A DNA stretch of 64,000 nt from an uncultured Clostridia bacterium (GTDB lineage Bacteria > Bacillota > Clostridia > Christensenellales > CAG-138). A model generated the notes under the pieces. It searched no databases. It had not been told where the DNA came from and saw only the letters and a list, made by a program, of their open reading frames with translations. The translations under genes were made by a program, and so were the position numbers. The DNA lies in NCBI GenBank assembly GCA_934633985.1, contig CAKTYU010000010.1:1185-65184 (forward strand), given 5' to 3'. Below, piece by piece: positions 8,076 through 16,336 of the stretch. How positions within the stretch are numbered: position 1 is the stretch's first letter; the number at the start of each line of letters is the position of its first letter.

Positions 8076-8693
8076 TTATCTATCGCTTTTTTCCCTTTCG
8101 CGCTTGCTGAATATGCAGCCGCAGTAATCCTGCCTGTAAAGGCCGTACTCCCGGCTAAGCTCAAGGCTCCTTTTGTAGCCGTCCCTCTTGCGGAATTCGC
8201 TGGTAAGGAAGCTCACGCCGTATTTTTTCGCCACCTCGGCGCCTATGCCGTTTATCCGCACTGGATCCTTCACGGGGCTTATGGAAAGGGTGGTGGTAAA
8301 CCACGGGAAGCCGTTTTCCGCGGCGTATTTTCCTGTCCCTTCAAGGCGCAGCTTGTAGCACGCGGTGCAGCGCTCGCCCTTCTCCGGCTCCTGCTCAAGC
8401 CCCCTTGCAGCAGCATAGAACTCCGCCGGGTCGTATTCAGGCTCAATTAGGGTTATATGCGGATACCCCGCCTGTTCAAGAAAGCATTCCAGCTCCTGCT
8501 CCCGGCGGTGATATTCCTCATCAGGGGCGATATTGGGGTTGTAATAAAATATGGTCAGTTCAAAGTGCCTATCCAGCAGCTCCAGCACGGCGCTGGAGCA
8601 TGGCGCGCAGCAAGCGTGCAGAAGCAGTCTCGGCCGCCCTTCAAGTGACGCTATTATCCTGTCCATTTCCTTAGTATAGCCGCCCTGTGCCAT
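8076..8693 (-). CDS. queH: Epoxyqueuosine reductase QueH (DUF208)
   Basis: LLLHACCAPCSS..., FYYNPNI, ERCTACYKLRL, QDYCGCIFS motifs characteristic of QueH. GGAGG 5 nt before ATG. Confidence 0.9.
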   Translation of the reverse strand: MAQGGYTKEMDRIIASLEGRPRLLLHACCAPCSSAVLELLDRHFELTIFYYNPNIAPDEEYHRREQELECFLEQAGYPHITLIEPEYDPAEFYAAARGLEQEPEKGERCTACYKLRLEGTGKYAAENGFPWFTTTLSISPVKDPVRINGIGAEVAKKYGVSFLTSEFRKRDGYKRSLELSREYGLYRQDYCGCIFSKREREKSDR

Positions 8694-8744
8694 AGCCGCC
8701 TCCTAAACAGATTCATCGCCTTATATTATCACATCGGGTTCGCC

Positions 8745-8774
8745 TTTACCATAGGCACGGCCGGGTGGTATACT
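8745..8774 (+). promoter_or_regulatory. Candidate ogt promoter (TTTACC-18-TATACT, TG-extended)
   Basis: -35 at 8745-8750, -10 at 8769-8774 preceded by TGg. Confidence 0.35.
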
Positions 8775-8800
8775 TACATCAGACTTACGGAGGCGACACT

Positions 8801-9295
8801 ATGCAGTACACTTGCAGCTACTCCTCCCCGCTGGGAGAAATGCTCATAGCCTCGGACGGCAGCGCCGTGACCGGTTTGTGGTTCATAGGGCAAAAATACT
8901 TCGGCAGCACTCTTGAAGCGGAGTACGCTGAAAAAGCTCTGCCGATATTCGGGCAGACGGTGCGCTGGCTTGACGATTATTTCCAGGGAAATGTCCCTAT
9001 GGAAATGCCGCCGGTATCCTTGAGCGGCAGCGATTTCAGCATGAGGGTGTGGGGGCTGCTCGCCGAGATACCGTATGGGCAGACCGCAACCTACGGCCAG
9101 CTTGCAAGGGCGCTGGCGGAGCGGACAGGCAGGCGCGTATCCGCGCAGGCGGTGGGGGGCGCGGTGGGGCGCAACCCCGTATCCATAATAGTCCCCTGTC
9201 ACAGGGTCATAGGCGCAAGGGGGCTTACGGGCTATGCTGGCGGCTTGGACAAAAAGCTGGCCTTGCTTAGGCTGGAGGGGGTTAATGTCCATTGA
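8801..9295 (+). CDS. ogt: Methylated-DNA--protein-cysteine methyltransferase
   Basis: PCHRV active site (IVPCHRVIG), YGQLA, NPVSIIVP. Start at MQYTC (GGAGG 8 nt upstream) rather than track start 8765. Confidence 0.9.
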   Translation: MQYTCSYSSPLGEMLIASDGSAVTGLWFIGQKYFGSTLEAEYAEKALPIFGQTVRWLDDYFQGNVPMEMPPVSLSGSDFSMRVWGLLAEIPYGQTATYGQLARALAERTGRRVSAQAVGGAVGRNPVSIIVPCHRVIGARGLTGYAGGLDKKLALLRLEGVNVH

Positions 9296-9320
9296 CATAA
9301 TCCAATAAAATGCTATAATC
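9293..9320 (+). promoter_or_regulatory. Promoter TTGACA-16-TATAAT (TG-extended) overlapping the ogt stop codon
   Basis: -35 at 9293-9298, -10 at 9315-9320 preceded by TGc. Confidence 0.55.
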
Positions 9321-9326
9321 ATTAGT

Positions 9327-9515
9327 AAGCATTATGCGCGGACAGGAGGTTTTAGGCAATGGACGCCGGCGACGACGCCAACCCTAAGCGAAGAAAAAGC
9401 ATAATACCCATTTGATATACGGACATGGTTTGCGAGGGTGCTCCCTACGCAGGTCATGTTTATTGTTGTTTTGGCGAAGAAAAGTATTTAAGAAAGAGGT
9501 TTGAGGTTTTAAGTC
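9327..9515 (+). promoter_or_regulatory. Structured 5' leader of the CNNM/CorC transporter gene (candidate riboswitch or attenuator, class unknown)
   Basis: Nested helices ATTATGC(9332-9338)/GCATAAT(9399-9405), TTAGG(9353-9357)/CCTAA(9383-9387), GGCG-ACGA-CGCC (9368-9379), then a terminator at 9423-9472. Confidence 0.35.
9423..9472 (+). terminator. Intrinsic terminator inside the leader (or ogt terminator)
   Basis: ACATGGTTTGCGAGGG-TGCT-CCCT(A)CGCAGGTCATGT (16 bp, one bulge, three G-U) followed by TTATTGTTGTTTT. Confidence 0.5.
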
Positions 9516-10859
9516 ATGGACGATTCCATAGGTCTATTGCTGCTGTTCCAGCTTGCTCTCATCATACTCAACGCTATTTTTGCCAGCGCTGAGATAGCGG
9601 TGCTTTCCATCAGCGAAGCAAAGCTCGAGCACATGGCTGACGACGGCAGCGGCAAGGCAAAGAGGCTCTACAAGCTGGCAAAGGAGCCCGCGCGCTTTCT
9701 CGCCACCATTCAGGTGGCCATAACCCTATCCGGCTTTTTAGGCAGCGCATTCGCCGCGGATAGCTTCTCCGCCCCTCTGGTGGAGTGGATAATATCCCTG
9801 GGCGTCACCGGCATATCCCGCAATACCATGCAAAAGATTGCCGTGGTGGTCATAACCCTTATACTTTCATATTTCACCCTCATATTCGGCGAGCTTGTTC
9901 CTAAGCGCATCGCCATGAAAAAATCCGAGCAGATAGCTCTGGGGGTATCCGGCCTTTTGAGCTTCATCTCCGTAATATTCAAGCCCATAGTCGGCCTGCT
10001 CTCGGTCTCCACTAACCTCGTGCTGCGCCTTATCGGAATAGACCCCAACGAGACCGACGACAACGTGAGCGAGGAAGAGATACGCATGATGGTGGACGCC
10101 GGCAGCGAAAAGGGCACCATCGACCATCAGGAAAAGGAATTTATACAGAACGTATTCGAGTTCAACGACATAATGGCGGGCGAGATAGCCACCCACCGCA
10201 CGGACGTCACCGCCCTTATGACGGACGATACCCTTGATGAGTGGGACGAGATAATACACGAAAGCCGCCATACCCGCTACCCCGTATGCGACGGCTCCAC
10301 CGACAACGTGATAGGCATTCTAAACGCCAAGGACTACTTCCGCATAGCCGACAGGACCAGGGAAAGGGTCTTTGAGGAAGCGGTACACCCCGCCTACTTC
10401 GTGCCGGAGACCATCAAGGCGGACGTGCTGTTCAGGGATATGAAGAACACCCGCAACTCCCTTGCGGTGGTACTGGACGAATACGGCGGCATGGTGGGCA
10501 TCATCACGCTGAACGACCTTATAGAGGAGCTGGTGGGCGAGCTCAACGACGAGCCTGCCGACCCCGAAAACGAGGATCCCCACATCGAAAGGATAGACGA
10601 TACCTCCTGGCGGGTGATAGGCAACGTCGAGCTTTGCGACATTGAGGAGGAAACCGGCGTCGAGCTCGCCTCCGACGATTACGACACCCTGACCGGCCTC
10701 GTGTTTGACAAGCTGGGCATGATACCGACGGACGGCCCTCAGGACATCACCCTTGAGCTGGACGAGCTGACGATACATATAGACAAGATAGAAGCCCATC
10801 AGATAGACTCCGCCTTAATAACGTTAAAGCCCAAGGATGAGGCGAACGAGGACGAGTAA
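9516..10859 (+). CDS. CNNM/CorC-family transporter (DUF21 TM domain + CBS pair + CorC_HlyC), annotated generically as hemolysin family protein
   Basis: 447 aa. N-terminal 4-TM DUF21 (FGELVPKRIA). CBS-pair region. C-terminal CorC_HlyC-like GLVFDKLGMIPTDG. Confidence 0.9.
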   Translation: MDDSIGLLLLFQLALIILNAIFASAEIAVLSISEAKLEHMADDGSGKAKRLYKLAKEPARFLATIQVAITLSGFLGSAFAADSFSAPLVEWIISLGVTGISRNTMQKIAVVVITLILSYFTLIFGELVPKRIAMKKSEQIALGVSGLLSFISVIFKPIVGLLSVSTNLVLRLIGIDPNETDDNVSEEEIRMMVDAGSEKGTIDHQEKEFIQNVFEFNDIMAGEIATHRTDVTALMTDDTLDEWDEIIHESRHTRYPVCDGSTDNVIGILNAKDYFRIADRTRERVFEEAVHPAYFVPETIKADVLFRDMKNTRNSLAVVLDEYGGMVGIITLNDLIEELVGELNDEPADPENEDPHIERIDDTSWRVIGNVELCDIEEETGVELASDDYDTLTGLVFDKLGMIPTDGPQDITLELDELTIHIDKIEAHQIDSALITLKPKDEANEDE

Positions 10860-10871
10860 ACCGCGGCATAC

Positions 10872-10900
10872 AAAAAGGACGGCCTTCGGCCGCCCTTTTT
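10872..10900. terminator. Bidirectional terminator between convergent genes
   Basis: AAAAAGG-A-CGGC[CTTCG]GCCG-C-CCTTTTT: hairpin flanked by an A-run and a T-run. Confidence 0.6.
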
Positions 10901-10909
10901 ATATTTTAG

Positions 10910-11452
10910 CTACTTAAACAGCGCCTTGAAGAAATCGTTGAGGAACAGCATGTAGACTATCACGCCCACATAGAACCCGCCGAGATATACTATGGCGCTC
11001 TTGTTGCCGCCGGCGGCTTTTACGTGCTGCCTGAGGGGGCAGCCCCCCGCCAATACGGACAGTATGCCTATCACGAAGGCGCCCGCTATCGTGCAGTAGG
11101 CCGAAAGATCCAGCTTTGCGCCCCATTTGTTGAACTTCAGCCCGCCGGACTTCTTTATGAAGAGATACAGGGGCTTGGTATTGGCGCAGGCAGAGGCCTC
11201 AATCGCCTGCTGATCCGTGGCGTCCTTTATGAACATGGGGTAATTCTTCATGTTCTCCTGATGGACGCCCAAAAGATGCAGGGCGAGGAAGAGTAGCGCC
11301 GCCGTGATGAGCAGCGCGAACATGCCGTTCAGCAAATACTTGTCCTTGACTATCATATAGTCCCGCACGCCGCCTATGAGGCAGAAGCGGGAGCGCTGGG
11401 CCACGTATCCTATTATCAGGCCCACGCAAAGAGTTATAAGAAGGTTGCCCAT
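10910..11452 (-). CDS. YeeE/YedE-family sulfur/selenium transport protein, half-size subunit B
   Basis: 180 aa polytopic. RSRFCLIGG and AGGCPLRQ cysteine motifs typical of YeeE/YedE (Sulf_transp). Confidence 0.85.
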   Translation of the reverse strand: MGNLLITLCVGLIIGYVAQRSRFCLIGGVRDYMIVKDKYLLNGMFALLITAALLFLALHLLGVHQENMKNYPMFIKDATDQQAIEASACANTKPLYLFIKKSGGLKFNKWGAKLDLSAYCTIAGAFVIGILSVLAGGCPLRQHVKAAGGNKSAIVYLGGFYVGVIVYMLFLNDFFKALFK

Positions 11453-11456
11453 GTGC

Positions 11457-11933
11457 TTAGTCCTTTCTGCGGCTGCGCCTTTTGAGTATGAGGGTGCCGA
11501 CCACGCAGCCCAGCATGAGGGCTATAACGCCCAGCAGCGCCTTTACGTCGCCGTATGCAGAGCGTATCATAAGCCGCATGGGGCAGCCCGAAATTATGAG
11601 GGCGCAAACAGCCACCACTGCACCGCGCAGGAAGGAGGCCAGCTTGCCCTCCACCCACTGCCAGCGGAACTCTCCGCTGGATACCGCGCCTATGAACGCG
11701 CCGCCCAGTATGCCTATTACGGTCAATACCGGGCCGGAGCGGGCGGATACCGACATATCCATGGCCTTGTGGAATACCGACTGGTATAGCTGCGCCAGCA
11801 TATCCCTGCCGTGGCATACAAGGCAGACGCCGTATGCCTCGGGGTGGGAAAAGCCGAATAATACCTGTGCGGCTACCGCTACGGCTGCAATTATGACCCC
11901 GGCGGTCACCGCGCTTATCCTTATCTTCTTCAT
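11457..11933 (-). CDS. YeeE/YedE-family sulfur/selenium transport protein, half-size subunit A
   Basis: 158 aa polytopic. YGVCLVCHGRD and ISGCPMRL motifs. 4-nt gap to the next half-gene. Confidence 0.85.
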   Translation of the reverse strand: MKKIRISAVTAGVIIAAVAVAAQVLFGFSHPEAYGVCLVCHGRDMLAQLYQSVFHKAMDMSVSARSGPVLTVIGILGGAFIGAVSSGEFRWQWVEGKLASFLRGAVVAVCALIISGCPMRLMIRSAYGDVKALLGVIALMLGCVVGTLILKRRSRRKD

Positions 11934-11945
11934 CTTATCCTTCCG

Positions 11946-12218
11946 TTATTTGCCAAGGAGCTTTTTAAGTATGCCCTTCTCCACCTTGGGTGTGTAAAGG
12001 TGTACCGCCTCAAAAAGCACGTCCTTTTCCTTGAGTATGCTCTCCACCTCGTCCTTGTACTGGGGCTGGAACTGAAGCGCCACGCCGCAGTTGGGGCTTA
12101 TCTCCTTGGGGCCTGCCATGAGGCTCACCTCATAGCCCTTTTCCTTTAAGGTCTCCTCCGCCCTTATGGCGTGCTGAGAGGAGAAAAACGTAACGACGCC
12201 TATCTGCTTTTGCTCCAT
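11946..12218 (-). CDS. DUF3343 protein (putative Se/S carrier-like)
   Basis: 90 aa, VVTFFSSQHAIRAEETLKEKG...ISPNCGVAL, matching my recollection of DUF3343. GGGAGGAA RBS. Confidence 0.7.
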   Translation of the reverse strand: MEQKQIGVVTFFSSQHAIRAEETLKEKGYEVSLMAGPKEISPNCGVALQFQPQYKDEVESILKEKDVLFEAVHLYTPKVEKGILKKLLGK

Positions 12219-12222
12219 CGTA

Positions 12223-13407
12223 TCATTCCTCCCTGTTTTCCGCCGCGTAATCCGCCAGCGCCAGTATGGCCTGAACCGCCACGTCCACCTGGTCTTTGGT
12301 GGAGAAGTTGCCGAAGGAGAACCTTACGGTGCCCTCCGGGAAGGTGCCGAGCGTCCTGTGCGCCCCGGGGGCGCAGTGGAGTCCTGTACGCACCATGATG
12401 CCGCACGCATCGTTGAGCTGCTCGCCGACGGTGGAGCACACCATTCCCTTTATGTTTATGCTCGTTACGGCGGTCTTGCGCCTTGCGTCCATGGGGCCAT
12501 ATATCTTTACCATTTCGTGATCCTTTATGGCGTCCATAAAGTACTGGTTAAGCGCCGCTTCCTCGCGGACTATATTCTCCACGCCCTTGTTCAGCACGAA
12601 GCCCACGCCCGCGCCCAATCCGGCTATGCCCATGGGATTGCCCGTGCCCGCCTCCCAAACGTCCGGCATGAAGAGGGGGTGCTCCTCAAGGTCGGAAAGG
12701 CTGCCAGTGCCGCCCCGCATAAAGGGCTCCGGCGTGATGGCGGGATCTAAATATACTCCGCCGGTGCCGGTGGGGCCCAAAAGGCTCTTATGCCCGGTGA
12801 AGCAAAGCACGTCTATGCCCATGGCGGGAACGTCTATGGGTATCGCGCCGGCGCTCTGTGCGGAATCCACCACCACTATCACGTCGTCCTTCTTCGCCTT
12901 TACAGCGCGGCTTATGGCGGCTATATCCTGAATAGTTCCGGTAACGTTGGAGCTGTGTGTGCACGCCACCATCTTGGTATTGGGCCTGACCGCCCTGCCA
13001 AAGTCGCCGGGATCGCAATAGCCCTCGCCGTCCGCATTTATCACGGTAAGCTCTATCACTCCGGTCTTTTCGAGGTGGCGGAGCGGGCGCATCACGGAGT
13101 TATGCTCCATGCTGGAGGTTATCACGTGGTCGCCACCCTTGAGCATGGTATAGAACACGCAATTCAGCGACTCGGTTATGTTCTTGGTAAAGGCTATCTG
13201 CTGAGGCAGCTTGACGTTGAAAAGCCTGCAAAGGTTTTCCCTTGCGTTAAGCACTATCTGCCCCGCCTCCACGCTGCGGCTGTGGCCGCTCCTGCCGGGG
13301 TTAGCGCCCACATCGTTAAGATAGTACATCATTGCCTCGCCGGTCTCCCTTGGCTTGGGCCAGCTCGTGGCGCTGTTGTCAAAATAAATAACGTTATCGC
13401 TGCTCAT
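12223..13407 (-). CDS. Class V aminotransferase-fold PLP enzyme, cysteine desulfurase / selenocysteine lyase family
   Basis: IYFDNSATSWPKP, HSSNVTG, FTGHKSLLGPTGTGG (PLP-Lys), LHCAP. Start at MSSDN (ATG 13405-13407, AAAGGA RBS). Confidence 0.9.
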   Translation of the reverse strand: MSSDNVIYFDNSATSWPKPRETGEAMMYYLNDVGANPGRSGHSRSVEAGQIVLNARENLCRLFNVKLPQQIAFTKNITESLNCVFYTMLKGGDHVITSSMEHNSVMRPLRHLEKTGVIELTVINADGEGYCDPGDFGRAVRPNTKMVACTHSSNVTGTIQDIAAISRAVKAKKDDVIVVVDSAQSAGAIPIDVPAMGIDVLCFTGHKSLLGPTGTGGVYLDPAITPEPFMRGGTGSLSDLEEHPLFMPDVWEAGTGNPMGIAGLGAGVGFVLNKGVENIVREEAALNQYFMDAIKDHEMVKIYGPMDARRKTAVTSINIKGMVCSTVGEQLNDACGIMVRTGLHCAPGAHRTLGTFPEGTVRFSFGNFSTKDQVDVAVQAILALADYAAENREE

Positions 13408-13483
13408 GGTAAATCCTTTCTTTAATTTAAAACAAGCATTAAAGCATATTTGCGGGCAAAGCACATCCCTCGCCTATTTTGCT

Positions 13484-13513
13484 ATTATACCATCAGTTGA
13501 CGAGGGCGCACAA
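13484..13513 (-). promoter_or_regulatory. Candidate promoter of the desulfurase operon (TTGTGC-18-TATAAT, TG-extended)
   Basis: Minus strand: -35 at 13508-13513, -10 at 13484-13489 preceded by TGg. Confidence 0.35.
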
Positions 13514-13593
13514 GTCCCGCACGGTACAAAGCGGCCCACTTTCGTCCTTTCGCAAGCGCGCCGCCCGTTATTTTATATTTTGTTCATATTTTT

Positions 13594-16107
13594 TTATTTT
13601 TCCGCGCCGAGGTACTCATAGCCCGCGTCCTCTACCGCCTTTTTAAGGGCCGCCTCCTCGACTGGGGCGGAAAGCTCGGCCTTTGCGACGCCCTTTTCGT
13701 GGTCGGCTGCCGCCGATGCCACCCCCGGCACGGCCTCGAGGGCCTTTTTCACCGCCGCCTCACAGTGGCCGCACATCATGCCATTTACTTTGATCGTAAC
13801 GCTATTATTCATTTCTTCCTCCTCCGACTCATTTGCGGCCTTTTTCGGCCTTGTCCCGCGGTCATGGGCCGCGTCCCGTATGTTCACCAGATTGAGCCTC
13901 AACGCGTTGGCGACGACGCAGAAGCTGGAAAGGCTCATCGCCGCGGCGCCCAGCATGGGGCTGAGCGTTATGCCCAGCGGTATCAGCGCGCCCGCCGCCA
14001 CGGGGATCCCTATTGTATTATAGAAAAAGGCCCAGAACAGGTTCTCGTGTATGTTGCGAAGCGTGGCCCTGCTCAGCCGTATCGCCCCCGCCACATCCAT
14101 TATGCTGCTCTTCATAAGCACCACGTCCGCCGCGTCTATCGCCACGTCTGTGCCCGCGCCTATGGCTATGCCGGTATCCGCACGGGTGAGCGCCGGCGCG
14201 TCGTTTATGCCGTCGCCCACCATGGCGACCTTGCCCTGCTTCATAAGGCCGCGTATCACGGCCTCCTTGCCCTCCGGCAGCACGCCTGCTACCACCTCGT
14301 CCACACCCGCCTGGCTTCCTATGGCCTCGGCGGTCTTTTTATTGTCCCCCGTGAGCATCACCACCCGTATGCCCATATCCCGAAGCTCCCTCACGGCCTC
14401 CGGGCTATCCTCCTTTATGACGTCTGCCACGGCGACGACGCCCAGCAGCGTATCCTCGAGGCCGAACAGCAGCGGTGTCTTGCCCTCGCCCGCCAGCCTC
14501 TCCGCCTGCTCCATCATGCCCTCCGGCACATTCACAAGGCCGGCTACAAAGCTCATGCTGCCGCCGAACAGCTTTTTGCCTTCCGCGGTGCATTGCAGGC
14601 CGTTGCCGGGAAGTACGCAAAAGTCCGCTACCTCCGCAGCGTCGATCCCATCCTCCGCGGCCCTTGCCATTATGGCTTTTGCAAGGGGGTGCTCGCTCCT
14701 CGCCTCAAGGGAAGCCGCAAGGCCCATAAGCCTGCCTTCGGTCACGCCCGATGCGGGCAGTATGTCCGTCACCCTCGGCTCGCCCTTGGTTACGGTGCCG
14801 GTCTTGTCGAGGGCAACTACCCGCACCCGCCCCGTCTCTTCAAGCGAGGCGGCGGTTTTGAAAAGTATGCCGTTCCTCGCCCCCACTCCGCTGCCCACCA
14901 TTATGGCCACGGGCGTTGCAAGGCCCAGCGCGCAGGGGCAGCTTATTACCAGCACGGATATGCCCCGGGCCAGCGCAAAGCCCACCTCGCGGCCCAAAAT
15001 CAGCCATACCGCCGTCGTCGCCGCCGCTATCGCCATCACCACCGGCACGAACACTCCTGAGACCTTATCCGCCACCTTTGCAATGGGGGCCTTTGTTGCG
15101 GCGGCGTCGCTCACCATGGCGATTATCTGCGACAGGGTCGTATCCTCGCCTACCCGTGTGGCCCGGCAGCGTATATAGCCGGAGATATTGCTCGTCGCGG
15201 CGGAAACGCTATCCCCGATGCTTTTATCCACGGGTATGCTCTCGCCCGTGAGCGCGGCCTCGTTCACGGCGCTGGAGCCTTCCTCCACCACGCCGTCCAC
15301 CGGAATATTCTCTCCGGGGCGCACGGCGAATATATCTCCCTTTTGCACCTGCTCGATAGGAACCACGATCTCCTTGCCGTCCTTTATAAGCGTCGCCGTC
15401 TTTGGGGCCAGGCTTATAAGGCTTTTCAGCGCGTCGGTGGTCTTGCCCTTGGAGCGCGCCTCAAGGGTCTTGCCCACGGTAATCAGAGTGAGTATCATGC
15501 CGGCGGACTCAAAGTACAGCTCCATCATGTAGTGCATGACCAGCTCCTCATTGCCCTTTACCTGCGCGCCGGTCATTGCAAAGAGCGCATAGGTGCTATA
15601 TACGAACGCCGCAGCAGCGCCCAGCGATACCAGCGTATCCATGTTGGGGGCCCGGTGTATGAGCCCCTTAAAGCCGCTTATGAAGAACCTCTGGTTTATC
15701 ACCATTATGATTGCGGTTATAAGAAGCTGTGTAAGGCCCATCGCCACATGGTTGCCGTCGTAAAATTTCGGCAGCGGCCAGCCCCACATCATGTGCCCCA
15801 TGGAGAAGTACATAAGTATCAGCAGGAAGCCTACCGACCATATAAGCCGCCGCCTGAGCTGCGGTGTGTCTTTATCCTTGAGTTCTTCCTCCTGAGCCGC
15901 CTTATTTGCGCCCTTGACGGAAGCGCCATAGCCCGCCCTCTCTACCGCGGCGATTATGGCGCCGTCCTCCGCGCTGCCGTTTACGCTCATGGAGTTGGTC
16001 AAAAGGTTTACGGCGCACCCGGTAACACCCGGCACCTCCCTTACGGCCTTCTCTACCCGGGCGCTGCAGGCGGCGCAGCTCATTCCGGTCACGTCGAATT
16101 GTTTCAT
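13594..16107 (-). CDS. copA: Copper-translocating P1B-type ATPase with N- and C-terminal HMA domains
   Basis: GMSCAACS (N-HMA), TGES, CPCALGLATP, DKTGT, GDGINDAP, C-terminal GMMCGHCEAAV HMA. Start set at MKQFD (GAGGAAGGG RBS); track start 16173 and MAEEG (16131) are alternatives. Confidence 0.92.
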   Translation of the reverse strand: MKQFDVTGMSCAACSARVEKAVREVPGVTGCAVNLLTNSMSVNGSAEDGAIIAAVERAGYGASVKGANKAAQEEELKDKDTPQLRRRLIWSVGFLLILMYFSMGHMMWGWPLPKFYDGNHVAMGLTQLLITAIIMVINQRFFISGFKGLIHRAPNMDTLVSLGAAAAFVYSTYALFAMTGAQVKGNEELVMHYMMELYFESAGMILTLITVGKTLEARSKGKTTDALKSLISLAPKTATLIKDGKEIVVPIEQVQKGDIFAVRPGENIPVDGVVEEGSSAVNEAALTGESIPVDKSIGDSVSAATSNISGYIRCRATRVGEDTTLSQIIAMVSDAAATKAPIAKVADKVSGVFVPVVMAIAAATTAVWLILGREVGFALARGISVLVISCPCALGLATPVAIMVGSGVGARNGILFKTAASLEETGRVRVVALDKTGTVTKGEPRVTDILPASGVTEGRLMGLAASLEARSEHPLAKAIMARAAEDGIDAAEVADFCVLPGNGLQCTAEGKKLFGGSMSFVAGLVNVPEGMMEQAERLAGEGKTPLLFGLEDTLLGVVAVADVIKEDSPEAVRELRDMGIRVVMLTGDNKKTAEAIGSQAGVDEVVAGVLPEGKEAVIRGLMKQGKVAMVGDGINDAPALTRADTGIAIGAGTDVAIDAADVVLMKSSIMDVAGAIRLSRATLRNIHENLFWAFFYNTIGIPVAAGALIPLGITLSPMLGAAAMSLSSFCVVANALRLNLVNIRDAAHDRGTRPKKAANESEEEEMNNSVTIKVNGMMCGHCEAAVKKALEAVPGVASAAADHEKGVAKAELSAPVEEAALKKAVEDAGYEYLGAEK

Positions 16108-16284
16108 ATATTTAAGCCCTTCCTCTGCCATGCTGTATTTATCCGAGACCCTATAATGCCCATACGGCAGCAATATGGCGCGTCCTCGTCCTGCTTTGCA
16201 TAAGCTCCTTTATATATTATCGCCTGCTCAAGGCTGTTTTTCAATGCCGTATTGATAAGGCGCGCCCGATATGCGTAATTTCCT

Positions 16285-16321
16285 AAAAAACGCCGCGGCG
16301 GTTCTTGCTCCGCTGCGGCGA
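16285..16321 (-). terminator. Intrinsic terminator after the aldolase gene
   Basis: Minus strand: 11-bp GC-rich stem (16292-16302 / 16311-16321) followed by TTTTTTAGG. Confidence 0.6.
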
Positions 16322-16336
16322 GATCATTTGTATGGC

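Noticed and set aside
9368-9379. GGCG-ACGA-CGCC hairpin resembling a guanidine-II (mini-ykkC) ACGR-loop hairpin
   Set aside because: mini-ykkC needs two such hairpins with conserved GGG/CCC closing pairs. I see only one ACGR loop. The downstream gene is a CNNM transporter rather than a Gdx/SugE-type exporter. I kept only the generic unclassified-leader call.
13699-15178. Two overlapping plus-strand ORFs of 453 and 375 aa
   Set aside because: Both are antisense to copA, in which every P-type ATPase motif is present on the minus strand. They are His/Arg/Ala-rich or Ser/Pro/Thr-rich nonsense translations.
16108-16284. Search for a CsoR or CopY operator upstream of copA
   Set aside because: No TACAnnTGTA box was found, and no convincing ATACCC-N-GGGTAT-type pseudo-palindrome. 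GTATGGGCATTATAGGGT is not self-complementary. I did not annotate an operator.
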